From positions 51,150,001 through 51,214,000 of the forward strand of contig OX597832.1 of the NCBI GenBank assembly GCA_951406725.2: a DNA stretch of 64,000 bases, read 5' to 3'. The notes under the pieces are model-generated. The model did no database searches. It was not told the DNA's origin and was given only the letters and a program-made list of their open reading frames with translations. The DNA comes from Octopus vulgaris (Eukaryota). The position numbers and the translations under genes are program-made. Below are positions 12,542 to 25,379 of the stretch, piece after piece; position 1 is the first letter of the stretch, and each line of letters starts with the position of its first letter.

Positions 12542-14260
12542 CTTTTGTCACGTTCTCCAGGAAAATTTTCTTAAATCATTGCAAAAAAGAAAAAAAAACA
12601 GTAACTACAAAGCTAACACTAATAATTGAATATATATATTTCTTTCATTATCTTTATCGCAGACTTAATCTCTTCCTTTTCAACAAACTCAAAGGTAATC
12701 CATCCTGTACACAGTCATTTCGCATGCTAGAAATAGTAGGGATCACGTGGGTATGTTCTAAGGAACTGAAGAATATCAAAAACAGCCATGCCACACAATT
12801 CATCTCTATTTTCTTTTTAAATTTTGCTAGTATGTTTTATGTGTACATGTTACAGTCTTAGGACTGTGGGTATGCGGGGCACCGCCTTTTAGTCGAACAA
12901 ATCGACCCCAGGATTTAGGTTTTTAAAGCCTGGCACTTATTCTATCATTCACTTTTGCCAAATCGATAAAGTATAGGAACATAAACAAACCAACACCAGT
13001 TGCTAAGTGGCGGACAAACATACACACAGATATATATATACGACAGACTTCTTTCAGTTTCCGTGTATCAAATCCACTCACAAAGCTTTAGTGAAGCCCG
13101 ATGTTATAGTAGGTGACACTTGTTCAAGTACCGTGCAGTAGGACTGAACCCAGAGCCATGTAGTTAAGAAGCAAAGACGTATGACGAAACAAAGTCGAGG
13201 TCGTGAAATATCCGCCCTTTCCCCAATTTTTCGACAATAAATTACGATATAGTCGTAATCTAAACTACCTGAAATGTATTTGCAGAAAATTTCATCAAGA
13301 AATACCTATTTCTCTGAAAGTCACGAGGAAAAAAAATAGGGTCCAGAACTCCTCTCCCCACCCCCACTCGGGGTTTTTAAAATTTTTTTTTACCAACAAA
13401 TTCCTATAAACACATCTGAAAGCAATTTGTTGAAAATTTAGTTAAAATGTTGAAAATGACATTTAAAAAATACCCCTTTTTCTGAAAGTTATGAGGGGGG
13501 GGAAATCAGTGAGGGGACATTTAGGGGTAAGGTATGCTTCTTGTGTGTGTTAAAGGGAAAACTAGGGTCTCCTTTATCTACAAAATGTATAATACAATTA
13601 GTAATCGATAGTTTTGGGGTTTTTTTTTTCTTTTTTTGTAGAGTTGAGGCCTAAAGAATCCCCTCTGATTTAACTTATGTTAACGTATTTCGGAAATAAA
13701 ATTTCCATATCCCCGAATAATCAAGATATAATAATTTTCGATCTCAACTCAGGGCAGCAGACAAATAAATAGAGAGGAGGGGAAAAACGAAATCATGTTA
13801 CATCCATGCTTTTTTATTATTTCGTTTCTCCACCTTGTTTTACACAATTTGTATTTGTTTGTTCAACGTGATTATGTTCTTTTTAAATAATTCTTCCACG
13901 ATCTCGTTGTTATCTTGTTACTAAATCGTTTATATTTTTTCTTTCCGGTGAATTAAACTGTAATAATAATAATAATAATAAATAATAATAAAATGCTTTT
14001 AATAATGAGAGGTTCAACGTGAAAAAAAGGTGCGACAATTTATCTCGTAAATGATATAAGCAAAACAGCTCTGGAAAAATGCTCGTGTTATTAAATTATA
14101 CATGTTTGGTTCTTGTAGGTTTATGTATATGTGGTATGTATGTGTTTGATCAGAAAGAAACGGGGAGAAAATTGCATTTCCATCCCCGATGTTGAGTGTG
14201 ATTCAATGAATAAAATGGAACAACGCGTATTGTGTTTACTTGCAACACGAGCCAATGACC

Positions 14261-14962
14261 GAAGACTTGAAACAAACAGAATACTAATAATGACAAGGCA
14301 ATCAGGTCCAATCGAACGTTGTGTTTTAAGTATATTAGGAAATCCTTTAATGATTATAGATTTAGGGGTTTTCGTGAAGAGCAATTTCCCTCACAAAAAC
14401 ATAAAAATAAGAAGTAAAAGGTGAGAGAGAGACACAGCGAGAGAAGACTTGAAACAAGGCAACCAGGTCCAATCGAACGTTGTAGTTTAGTATATTAGGA
14501 CCATTTTTAATAATCATGGATTTAGGGGTTTTCCTGGAGATCTGTTTCCCTCGCAAAAACATAAAAACAAGAAGTAAAAGGTAAGAGAGAGACAGAGAAA
14601 GAGAAGATTTGAAACAAACAGAATACTAATGACAAGGCTATCAGGTTCAATCGAACGTTGTATTTTAGTATATTAGAAAATCCTTTAATGATTATAGATT
14701 TAGGGGTTTTCAGGAAGATCAGTTTCCCTCGCAAGAACATTAAAAATAAGAAGTAAAAGGTAAGAGAGACAGAGAGAGAAGATTTGAAACAATCGGAATA
14801 CTAATGTCAAGGCAATCAGGTCCAATAGAACGTTGTGTTTTAAGTATATTAGAAAATCCTTTAATAATTATAGATTTAGGGGTTTTCCTGGAGATCAATT
14901 TCCCTCGCAAAAACATTAAAAAGAAGAAGTAAAAGGTAAGAGAGAGACAGAGAAAGAGAAGA
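14261..14962. repeat. Minisatellite, 4 copies of a ~160-182 bp unit
   Basis: GAAGA(C/T)TTGAAACAA...CAGGTCCAATCGAACGTTG...GATTTAGGGGTTTTC...GAAGTAAAAGGT recurs at about 14261, 14443, 14603 and 14777. Confidence 0.9.
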
Positions 14963-15040
14963 CATGGAAGAGAATGGATACAGAAACACACACACACACA
15001 CAGAGACGGAGTGGAGATAAGGGGGTAAATAGCACCTTAC

Positions 15041-15175
15041 CTCAGGTTCATACTCATATTTTCTTTGACCGCCTCCAGGTCCTAGTCTCTCGAAAACACT
15101 TGGTTTTCTCTTCTCGCTCTCATCAGACACCGATTTAGCTGTATCAACAGTAACCTTGCGTCTTGATTTGCTCAT
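15041..15175 (-). CDS. ZC3H13: Zinc finger CCCH domain-containing protein 13 (m6A writer-associated), first coding exon
   Basis: MSKSRRKVTVDTAKSVSDESEKRKPSVFERLGPGGGQRKYEYEPE matches the characteristic ZC3H13 N-terminus (MSKIRRKVTV...RPSVFERLGP). It ends in a phase-0 donor GAG|GTAAGG at 15040. The zinc-finger exon was not found in the window. Confidence 0.88.
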
Positions 15176-15234
15176 CTTCGTGCGTAATTCGCGACTATTT
15201 TAGAAGCAGTCCTCACGGACGCTGCTTGTGCTGG

Positions 15235-15293
15235 CAGCCATATTGAGTCGCATGCGCAGTGACAACACAGTGTGTTACCGGTTCACTTCCGGT
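15235..15293 (-). promoter_or_regulatory. Housekeeping-type core promoter of ZC3H13
   Basis: YY1-like AATATGGCTG (15235-15244), NRF1 TGCGCATGCG (15249-15258) and ETS ACCGGAAGTG (15284-15293) cluster just upstream of the ATG in CpG-retaining sequence. Confidence 0.7.
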
Positions 15294-16058
15294 TGGAATA
15301 ATTTCTGTTACTATTCAACATTAAAAACAAAATAAAAATAACTACAAAACAAAAACCTCCCAAAAAAACTACAAAAAAAATAATAAAACAAAAATGTCTG
15401 ACGAAAAAAAAAGAACGATAATAAAAAAATTTAATTGCTTGTAGTAAACTGGAATAGTAGTAACACGTTTAAAATTCTCTTTGAATGTATCGATGTAAAA
15501 ATAAAGCTTGATTTCAAAGGAAGTTTACTGCTGATTGATGTTGATGGTTTATTTTTATATCCATTTTTCTGAGTCCGATTAGGCGAAATAATGCAGACAT
15601 TGACGTCTAATGAGACAAAATCATTGCTTAAAAACTGACAATGCTCACTTCCCTTTGCTTTGTTTTCCCCTCGCGCTCTCCTCAGACTTTGGTCAAGGGA
15701 AACTAGACGAAGATCCGTTCAATACTCCATTTCAATTATTGCTTTAGTAATCAAAAAGGTAACGAGAAATAAACGGAAAGTGTATGTATGTATGAAGGAT
15801 GTGCCGAGGAACAGTTTGCAAGACAGGTGCATCCAGTTTACCATAGTTTGTTCAGAAGAGCAATGTCTGGCCTTTGCAAAAGAAGAAACAGATTTTTAAA
15901 AAAGGCTTTATGCAGATCGATGGTTTTCTTTTAGATGAATGCTGGTGAAAAACAAGCTTTACTTCTAGTTATGTCTTTTCCTTCGATGCAGTCCAGAATA
16001 TGTCTGCACGTGCACAGAGACGCAGTTGATATTTTTCTAATCTTTTATTCGTTTCCTT

Positions 16059-16692
16059 CACGCGGCCATGCTGGAGCACGGCTTGTAGGAATTTTTTAAT
16101 CGAACTATTTGACCCCAGTACTTACTTTCTTTTTAATTCCGGTAATTTTATTCTATCGGTCCTTTTTTGCCAAAGCGCTAAGTTACGGGGGATGTAAGCA
16201 CACCAACACCAGTTGTTACTTTTAAATAAAGTATATATATATATAGGCGCAGGAGTGGCTATGTAGTAAGTAGCTTGCTTACCAACCAAAGCCCGTTGTG
16301 TATATATTTATATATGTGTGTGTGTGTTTGTCCCCCCACACACGCGGCCATGCTGGAACACGGCTGGTAGGAATTTTTAATCGAACTATTTGACCACAGT
16401 ACTTACTTTCTTTTTAATTCTGGAAATTATTCTATCGGTCCTTTTTTGCCAAAGCGCTAAGTTACGTGGACGTAAGCACACCAACACCAGTTGTCAAGCG
16501 ATGATAGGGGACAAACAGCGACACAAAGACACACGCAGGCGTGGGTGGGTGTTAAGAAGCTTGCTTCCCAACCACATGGTTCCAGGTTCAGTCACATTAC
16601 GTGACACCTTGGACAGATGTCTTCTATTATAGCATTGGGTTGACCAAAGTCTTGTGGGTAGATTTGGCAGACAGATACTGAAAGAAGCCCGT

Positions 16693-16746
<54 letters not shown>

Positions 16747-17190
16747 CGCAGGAGTGGCTATGTGGTAAGTAGCTTGCTTACCAACCAAAGAAGCCCTTTG
16801 AGTATATATTTATGTGTGTGTGTGTTTGTCCCCCGCCCACCTTCGCTTGACAACTGATGCTGGTGATTATATCCCCGTAACTTAGCGGTTCAGCAAAAGA
16901 GACTGATAGAATAAGTACAAAGCTTACAAAGAATAAGTCCACAGTCAAAATGACTGAAACAAATAAAAAAATATATGTGTATGTGTCTTTGTATCTGTTT
17001 GCCCCCGCCCCCACTCCTATCACCGTCTGACAACCAGCGTTGGTGTGTTTATGTCCCCACAACTAAGCTGTTCGGCAAAAAGATAATTACAGAATAAGTA
17101 TTTGGCTTAAAAATAAGTCTTGGAGTCAATTTGTTCGACTAAACAAACCCTTCAAGGTCGTGCTCCAGCATGTCCGCAGTCATACGACTG
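16059..17190. mobile_element. Cluster of rearranged, partly duplicated SINE family A fragments in both orientations
   Basis: 16059-16215 is repeated at 16340-16495. The SINE head AGGCGCAGGAGTGGCTATGT appears at ~16245 and ~16744. Confidence 0.7.
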
Positions 17191-17220
17191 AATCAAGTAA
17201 ACGAATATACATACATATAT

Positions 17221-17630
17221 AGGCGCAGGAGTGGCTGTGTGGTAAGTAGCTTGCTAACCAACCACATGTTTCCGGGTTCAGTCCCACTGCGTGGCATCTT
17301 GGGCAAATGTCTTCTTCTATAGCCTCGGGCTGACCAAAGCCTTGTGAGTGCATTTGGCAGATGGAAACTGAAAGAAGCCTGTCGTATATATGTATGTATG
17401 TGCATATATATATATATATATATTTGTGTCTGTGTTTCTCCCCCTAGCATTGCTTGACAACCGATGCTGGTGTGTTTACGTCCCCGTCCCTTAGTGGTTC
17501 AGCAAGAGAGCCCGATAGAATAAGTACTGGGCTTACAAAGAATAAGTCCTGGGGTCGATTTGCTCAACTAAAAGCCGGTGCTCCAGTATGGCCGCAGTCA
17601 AAATGACTGAAACAAGTAAAAGAGAGAGAG
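17221..17630 (+). mobile_element. SINE family A copy
   Basis: AGGCGCAGGAGTGGCTGTGTGG head through the TGACTGAAACAAGTAAAAGAG tail. Confidence 0.85.
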
Positions 17631-18079
17631 TATACACGACGGGATTCTTACAGTTTCCGTCGACCAAATCCATTCACAAAGATTTAGTTAGCCCGAGGTT
17701 ATTTTAGAAAACACTTGCCGAGGGACTGAACCCGGTACCATGTGGTTGGGAAACAAGCTTTTTACCACACAGCCACACCTACACCTATATTTAAGACATT
17801 TCTTACAGAATCTATTTATTTTATCAGTGTACAAGGGAAAGTAGATTGGCTTTATTCAAAGAGAGCAGGGAAGGAGGAGACCCTCAGTTCAGAGATTAAA
17901 GAGATGAGTAGGATTATCTTTATTCTTTTACTTGTTTCAGTCATTGGACTGCAGCCATACTGGGGAACAACCTTGCAGGGTTTTAAGCCAACAAACCAAC
18001 TCCAGCACTCATTTTCCCGAAACCCTGAGTTATAAGAATGCAAACAAACCATCAACAGTTGTCAAACAGTGGGAGGGGA

Positions 18080-18343
18080 CATGGCCGTGCCGGTGGCACG
18101 TAAAATGCACCAATCCGACCGTGACTGTTGCCAGCCTCGCCTGGCACCTGTGCAGGTGGCACATAAAAAGCACCCACAACACTCATGGAGTGGTTGGCGT
18201 TAGGAAGGGCATCCAGCTGTAGAAACACTGCCAGATCAGACTGGAGCCTGGTGCAGCCTTCTGGCTTCCCAGATCCCCGGTCGAACTGTCCAACCAATGC
18301 TAGCATGGAGAATGGACGTTAAATGATGATGATGATGATGATG
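18080..18343 (+). mobile_element. Retroposon 3' end, family C, with (GAT)n tail
   Basis: GTGCCGGTGGCACGTAAAA...GAGTGGTTGGCGTTAGGAAGGGCATCCAGCTG...GGACGTTAAATGATGAT. Further copies at ~19640, 26045, 30449, 34840, 42185 and 57388. Confidence 0.75.
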
Positions 18344-18532
18344 ATATATATATGTATATGTATGTATATGTATATATATATATGTGTGTGTGTATATATA
18401 TACACACCCACACACACATATATATCCGCGATGAGAATCAGTTTCTGACTGAAGAATGAAGGCTTTGAATGACCCGTTTGTCTTTTTGTTCGTCCCTTCA
18501 TGTATTTCACGTTATTTATTTATGTAAAGGTT

Positions 18533-18581
<49 letters not shown>

Positions 18582-18596
18582 CATACATATATATAT

Positions 18597-18868
18597 CACC
18601 GTGACTGACCAGGCTATCAGATGTTGCTACAGATCATTGATCACAATGTGCTTCGCATTGTTTTTTCGTTTTCAAATGACACCAGCTCGCTGGCTAAGCG
18701 AGCAGGCCAACAGAAGAAAGAGTGAGAGAATGTTGTCGCGAACGAGTACAGCAGGGATCGCAACCACCCCCTGCAGGAGCCTCGTGGAGCTTTTAGGTAT
18801 TTTCGCTCAATATACACTCACAACGCCTGGTCTGGGAATCGAAACCGCGATCCTACGACCGCAAGTCC
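18597..18868 (-). mobile_element. tRNA-derived SINE, family D (truncated)
   Basis: Matches the 28490-28797 copy (GGTTTCGATTCCCAGACC B-box region). Confidence 0.7.
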
Positions 18869-18982
18869 AATATATATATATATATATATACACCATGGCC
18901 ACGGCAGCAGTGGTAGCAGCAGCGGCAGAGCAGTGGCAATGGCAGCGGCAGAATAGTGGCAACGGCAGCGGTATCAGAGCTG

Positions 18983-19023
<41 letters not shown>

Positions 19024-20269
19024 TGTTATGATGAGAAATAGTTTCTGACAAAAAAAATAATAATAATAATAAATAAAATAAAATCATTTTATTCAGCATT
19101 GTAAGCATTTGAAGCACAAATGTAAACATGTCTGTTTTTATTGGAAATGGCTGACTACCAGCCTTCAACAAAAATATTACAATAAAGCACCTGAGCCAGA
19201 AGTTGCAGTGATGATTGCATACCATTCATCAGTGCTGTAGCCATTTAGCATTTAGACTACTCTGTCAAATTTAATGCTTATTTATTCATGTTCATCATCA
19301 TCATCATCATCATCATTTAACATATGCTCTCCATGCTGGCATGAGTCGGATGGTTTGGCATGGAGCCTGCTAGCAGGGAGCTGTTTGGATTGGAACTGTC
19401 TGTAATGGTATGATTTCTACGTCTGGATGCCCTTCCTAATGCCAACCACTTAACAGAGTGTGCTGTTAGTCCACTGCCATAATAATAATAGTAATAATAA
19501 TAATAATAATAATAATGATGATGATGATAGCAAAAGGGGCTGATTGCTACATAACTCAGATACCAGGAAACCCCAAAAGTAATTCTCAGAGAGATTCAGC
19601 ATGACACAGAATATGATAAGATTACCATTTAAGCGTGATCATTACCAAAGTCGCCTTACTGGCACCTGTGCTGGTGGCATGTGTAAAAGGATTCAAGCGA
19701 GGTCGTTGCCAGTACCGCCTGACTGGCCCCCGTGCTGGTGGCACGTAAAAAGCACCCACTACACTCTCAGAGTGGTTGGCGTTAGGAAGAGCATCCAGCT
19801 GTAGAAACTCTGCCAAATTAAGATTGGAGCCTGGTGCAGCCATCTGGTTCACCAGCCCTCAGTCAAAATCGTCCAACCCATGCTAGCATGGAAAGCAGAC
19901 GTTAAACAATGATGATGATGATGATGATATACCTTTGAATTACAGAAAAAAAACTCATTTTTGTGAGCTGAGCCATAATTATTTCTTCAATAACCAGATC
20001 AATATCAATTATCAATTATCAATACAAAACTGCTCCCACCCAAAAGCTTGTTTTTTGGAGGGTTTTTTCAGCCCAACTGCTCATCATTTCATTGCAGCTA
20101 TCATTGAGAGAAGATCCATCAGTGAAACCAGAGCTTGTTTGGATGGGATTGATCAACAAGTCAGCATTGCAGCAGGATTGATATCCTAGAAAGCTCTGTC
20201 TTCTAGATGGAGCTATGTCTTCAGATGAGATCATGCCAGTTCAATCACCAGATGTTTGATTCCAGTTAT

Positions 20270-20645
20270 AACAAGAGCATTCAGAGAGTGCAAATCTCCA
20301 CCAAAGCAACACCAACGTCCTCTCAATAATTAGCCAGAGATGCTTTTAAAATGAGAATATCTGAAATAAACTTGACTGCTCTCACAAATGAGAATATTAA
20401 AAATAAACCCAACCACTCTCAAAAGTTAAGTAAAAAAAAAACACAGGAAAAATAATCCAGAATCCTTGTCCAGTACCGGATCCATCCCAAAATCTAATCA
20501 CTTTGTGCCAATCATGAGGCCAAACATCCCTGAAATTTTCATCCGACTTCATCCAGCGGTTCTTGAGATATCTTGTCCAAGGACAAACCAACAAACAAAC
20601 ACGACTGAAAACAATACCTCTACCTTCGCTAAGGCAGAGGCAAAA
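20270..20645 (-). mobile_element. Helentron/HINE (DINE-1-like) non-autonomous element
   Basis: Minus strand starts in a T-run with hairpin GCCTCTGCC-TTAGCGAA-GGTAGAGGT, then a GTTT microsatellite, and ends GGTGGAGATTTGCACTCTCTGAATGCTCTTGTT. A second 3' end lies at ~21590-21690 (+). Confidence 0.65.
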
Positions 20646-21319
20646 AGGCATAGCATTGGTTAGTTTCACATAATTGATCTTTGGCTTATATTTATGAATG
20701 AGTGTGGCAGTATTGTAGCCTACAATCTACAATATGGCTGAATCTACAAGATTCCTTTCATCCTTCCAGAGTTAATAAAGTACCTATCAAGTAGTAAGGT
20801 TAATTTAATCCACTAATTAATTTAATCCCTCTCCAAATTTCAGGCTTTGTATATATACTTGTTGTTGTTGTTTTTGCTACATTTTCTTCTTTCCATTTTG
20901 TTTCTATTTCTTGCCAAGTGTCTTCCCAACACCAAGGGTAAAGAAACTTACTATATACATCAATAGGCCATTTAAAAAAATACACCACATTGCTTATTTA
21001 CAAAATCAAATAAAGTCACGTAGAAAAAATTATTTACATGGATGGTAGTCATTTTGACAGTGACAATCCTCTTCTCAATACCTGTGATGTACCAATTTAC
21101 ATAAAACAATCTTTTGTATTGGGTTATTTGGAAAGTTTGTGCTGATTTATAGTAGCTTACCTTTCAACTTATTTTAGAACATGGTTGAGTCCATAGCATA
21201 AGATTTGACTACACCTCCATTTAGAGCACAGTTTAAGCTATCTTTTCATCGAAGAAGGTTTATGTTCCTATAATCTGTGTTAATTCTGTAACCCTTTAAA
21301 ATGGAAGATAAGAAAATTC

Positions 21320-21600
21320 ATTTTCAGCACTTGATGCTTTGGGAACCAGACAAAAATTGCTGCAGCTCAGCTGGGATGTGTTACCCCACCCTCCATATTC
21401 ACCAGATATTGCTCCTTCGGATTTTCACTAATTCAGGTCTCTGCAGAATAATCTTAATGGTAAAAATTTCAATTCCATGGATGACATAAAAAGATACCTT
21501 GATGAATTCTTTGCCATGAAACCACCTCAATTCTGGGAAGAGGGTATTTTCAAGTTAAAGGAAAGATGGAGATGCATTGTGCAACAAAATGGTTCATATT
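21320..21600 (+). mobile_element. Mariner transposase 3' fragment (degenerate)
   Basis: Translates to HPPYSPDIAPSDFH*FRSLQNNL, the mariner YSPDLAPxD motif. Confidence 0.8.
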
Positions 21601-21865
21601 CTCATTTAAAAAATCATCTCTGATTAATCGTTGAAAGGATGATAGTGTTGCCTTAGTGGATGTTTGCACCCTCTGAGTGCTCTTGTTATTATTCCTTCAT
21701 AACACAGATTAGGTAAAAATGCACCAGTTTTAATTATCTGACAAGTCACAATAAGGACCTCAGACAGATAATACTTTCTTTAAGATGTGCGCTGTGCCAG
21801 ATAAGGCTGCTGTTTGCAAGACATCAATTTTGCATGGGATTTCCAGTTGCCTTAAAGAGTCTTAA

Positions 21866-22085
21866 CCCTTTAGTGTTTAAACCGGCCATATCCGGCCCAA
21901 ATATTCTGCATGTTTTATATTCAAACTGGCCATATCTAGCCTCTCACACCTAACTTATAGTGACACTCTAAAAATAAACAATCATATCATTGAAACCTCA
22001 AAGCTATGACATAATGCATGATTAATTCAAAACAATTTGAGTGAAAAAGTATTACATTCGATAGAGAAATTTGAACACCAAAGGG
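21866..22085. mobile_element. piggyBac-like MITE (TTAA TSD)
   Basis: TTAA|CCCTTTAGTGTT...AACACCAAAGGG|TTAA. Related copies at ~3695-3915 and ~7887-8070. Confidence 0.75.
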
Positions 22086-22179
22086 TTAAAGTTTCAATGG
22101 GATTGAACCCAACGCTCCGATCACCACTGATATCACTTTTACACGGCTCAATTATAGTACAAAGAAGATTATTATTATT

Positions 22180-22390
22180 AAGGTGGTAAGCTGGCAAAGC
22201 CGTTAGCACGCCGGGCGAAATGTTTAGTGGTATTTCATCCATCATCACCTCCTGAGTTCAAATTCCACTGAGGTCAGCTTTCATTCTTTTGGGGTCAATA
22301 TATTAAAAGCCAGTGAAACACTGGGGTTGATGTAATCGACTAGTCCCCTCTCCCTCAAATTTCAGGCTTTGTGCTTTTAGTAGAAAGGAT
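22180..22390 (+). mobile_element. SINE family B copy
   Basis: GCTGGCAAAGCCGTTAGCACGCCGGGCGAAATG...GAGTTCAAATTCC. Confidence 0.75.
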
Positions 22391-22542
22391 TATCATTATT
22401 ATTATTATTATGATTATTGTTATTCATATACACACAACAGATTAGATTATTGGAAAAGAAAAATTCCTAACATCAGACTACAACAAGTAACCTTAGATGC
22501 CACAAACCCTCTCAAGTATCCTACCTGTCCCTAGCAACACCG

Positions 22543-22578
<36 letters not shown>

Positions 22579-23000
22579 TAGTCATTTGGTTGTTTGAGTA
22601 TCAAAGTCTCAACTTTTGACCTTTTCTACTGATCTTGTCTGCATCTCAATAAATAAATAAATAAATAAGATAAATATTTATTTATTTTGTGCACAGTTGC
22701 AATGAACAGAATTGCTTAGCTGACATTTCATGATTGAAAGCGTCTGTTAATGGTTGATCAACTCTGTTGTTTTCGAGTGGGAAAGATTGGAAGTTGCAAC
22801 GTTCATGCCTTTTGCAAATATATTTATGGAGTAAGGGAAAAACCCTGTCTAGGAATGAAACGTAGGTCACACATTCGGTTTGTATGGTATGGATGTACAA
22901 TCACTTTTTGTGTCTGGTTTATAATGCTATGGGTAAATACCTAGAAAGAAAGAAAGAAAGAAAAAAGAAGGAAAGGAAGGAAGAGAGAGAGAAAGAAAGG

Positions 23001-23035
<35 letters not shown>

Positions 23036-23077
23036 CTCTGTGTGTGTATGTGTGGTCAAAAAGTTTTATCAATATAT

Positions 23078-23301
23078 ATTTCTTTATTACCCACAAGGGG
23101 CTAAACACAGAGGGGACAAACAAGGACAGACAAACGGATTAAGTCTATTACATCGACCCCAGTGCGTAACTGGCGCTTAATTTATTGACCCCGAAAGGAT
23201 GAAAGGCAAAGTCGACCTCGGCAGAATTTGAACTCAGGACGTAATGGCAGACGAAATAAGACTACGCATTTCGCCCGGTGTGCTAACGGTTCTGCCAGCT
23301 C
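23078..23301 (-). mobile_element. SINE family B copy
   Basis: Matches 5438-5667. Confidence 0.8.
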
Positions 23302-23319
23302 GGAGTTAACATTAATATA

Positions 23320-23570
23320 TTGGGTTGGTGCATAATCATTGCGGCTTTTTTTCAACAAATTTTATTCAACAAAATCAATAACAATATTTAACAGAAACCT
23401 CTTTAAATGACAGTCTGACCGTCTGCCAAGCAAATGGGAAGCAGTAATTGAAGTAGATGGTTAACATGCTCCAGAATAATCATTTAAAGATGTTTTAGTT
23501 ACATGTTGTTATTATTTTTGTTGAATAAAATTCGTTGAAAGAAAGCCGCAATAATTATGCACCAACCGAA
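23320..23570. mobile_element. Mariner-derived MITE
   Basis: TA|TTGGGTTGGTGCATAATCATTGCGGC...GCCGCAATAATTATGCACCAACCGAA|TA, with long imperfect TIRs resembling Hsmar1-type ends. Confidence 0.85.
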
Positions 23571-23629
23571 TATTTATCCAAGAGCTAGAAGCCTCTCTGG
23601 ACTTGTATAAGCTTGGCAGTCATACTATA

Positions 23630-24030
23630 ATACTTACTTACTTACTTGTGGCGATATTCACCCTGGGCGGGTTGAGTTGGCTTCTTTTACCACCCTCAAG
23701 GCATCTTGAACCATGGCAGCCCACGCATGATGGTCCTGCGTCAGTTCACTGGAGATAGTGAGCCAGTCACAGTTCCATCGGTGCAGGCCGACCACCTGCG
23801 GTCCCGTGAGCACGGAGAGGTCCTCCTTGATTGTCGTAACCCAGGTCTTCAGCTACCTGCCCACGTGTTTCTGCCAGTTGGGAAGTGGAGTTGGGAAAGG
23901 ACATCATGGCTCAGTTCACCCACCGGACGCCTACATGCATGGCCAAACCACCGCAAGCGCCGTTGCAGAAGGACAGATAGAAGGGGCCACAGAGGCCTGT
24001 CTCTGCAGCCCCTTCCATCTGTCCATACTA
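23630..24030 (-). mobile_element. LINE (RTE-like) 3' fragment with (AGTA)n tail
   Basis: GC-rich degenerate ORF end (WVTTIKEDL-like). It shares ATTCACCCTGGGCGGGTTGAGT with a second copy at ~41030-41270. Confidence 0.6.
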
Positions 24031-24280
24031 TAATAGGGATGGGTTTTGTTGGATTGCTGGCAGTTGTTATGAGGTAAATAATTCACTTGCTATGGTATAG
24101 CAACATTTATGTAACAAATAAATGGCAAAACATAGCAAAGAGGTTAATATAATGCATACCAAAAGCCCCTTTTTTAGTGCTATAGGTTAAGGAGCACACA
24201 CATTCATCAGCTTGCAGTCATTCCTCTCTCAGCCAAGCCATCTAGTACCAACTGTCTAGCCATATATCTTGCTAAACATA

Positions 24281-24835
24281 CAGGGTGTTTGGGCTAAATT
24301 TTACAGCTTGCATAAAAGGAAAAGAAAGCACAATATCCCATCTGAAGGTAAAAGCGTTTTAAAAAATCAAAAATTATCAACTAGATTATACTTAGGAGAT
24401 AACAGTTTACTTGAAGTAGCTGCCCTCAGCTTACACCATGACCTCAAGATGGTTCAGGAACCTAGTATATGCATCTCTCACTGTATCCCTGGAGAGATCA
24501 TCAAACAGCTCCTTGATCCTGGCCACTAACTTGGCCTTGGTGCAGCAGGCAGAGCAGTTGATGTCTTTCTCAACCATTCCCCACGCAGAGCACTCCTTGG
24601 GATTACAATCAAGGGATATAGAAGGACAGAAATTGGGGCTGGTGAAGTTGTATAAATTATCATCAGACAACCCCTTCTGACTCTTTCTGGGGATATGACA
24701 AGGAGATGAATCCTGCTGCCGCACATATGACGACCTTCCAGCAGTAACCCTCAACAACCAGAGTTTGACTTCAGTCTCCAGAAGTTTCTCATAGCCATCT
24801 GAATTGAGCCTTAAGGCCCTATTTAAAGATGTGGG
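24281..24835 (-). mobile_element. Tc1/mariner-superfamily transposase 3' fragment
   Basis: ORF 24431-24757 contains QQDSSPCH and a degenerate PSISLDCNP..WG motif; terminal TA|CAGGGTG. Confidence 0.7.
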
Positions 24836-25379
24836 GCAGCATGATGCACTGGTATGGACAACTCCTCCATCTCCTGCTAGATCATCCTACCAGGGCTTTA
24901 CTTTCATTCGACAGCAGCTGCGGGCTGGAAGAGGCCTCATCGCAGGCCCTGCACCAGATAATTGGACATGATTGGGGAAGATCTCCAGAGGATCAACATC
25001 ACTTTGGAGAATGCAGAGGGGCTGGCACAGGACCACCAGTGATGGAAAGCGCTGTTGGATCTGGTTAGCTCTACGCATGACAACATCTATAGATCATCAG
25101 CTCTGTGGCTCATCAGATCCAGTCAAAACCATATAACCCATGCCAGCATGGAAAACAGACATTAAATGATGATGATGTCTTCAAAGTATTTCATATAAAT
25201 CTTGGCTTCTTCCAATGGCTAGATTCTAACCCAGGCCACAGCAACGAAATCCACCTACCACACCTCCTGGTGCAGCATCACTGCCTTGAGGTCCTGGACA
25301 CATTCCAGGCCTGTGTCTGCAATCGAGTTATCAATTTAAGTGTGACAATGTTTTCCTTTTCTTACATCACCATGAAATG

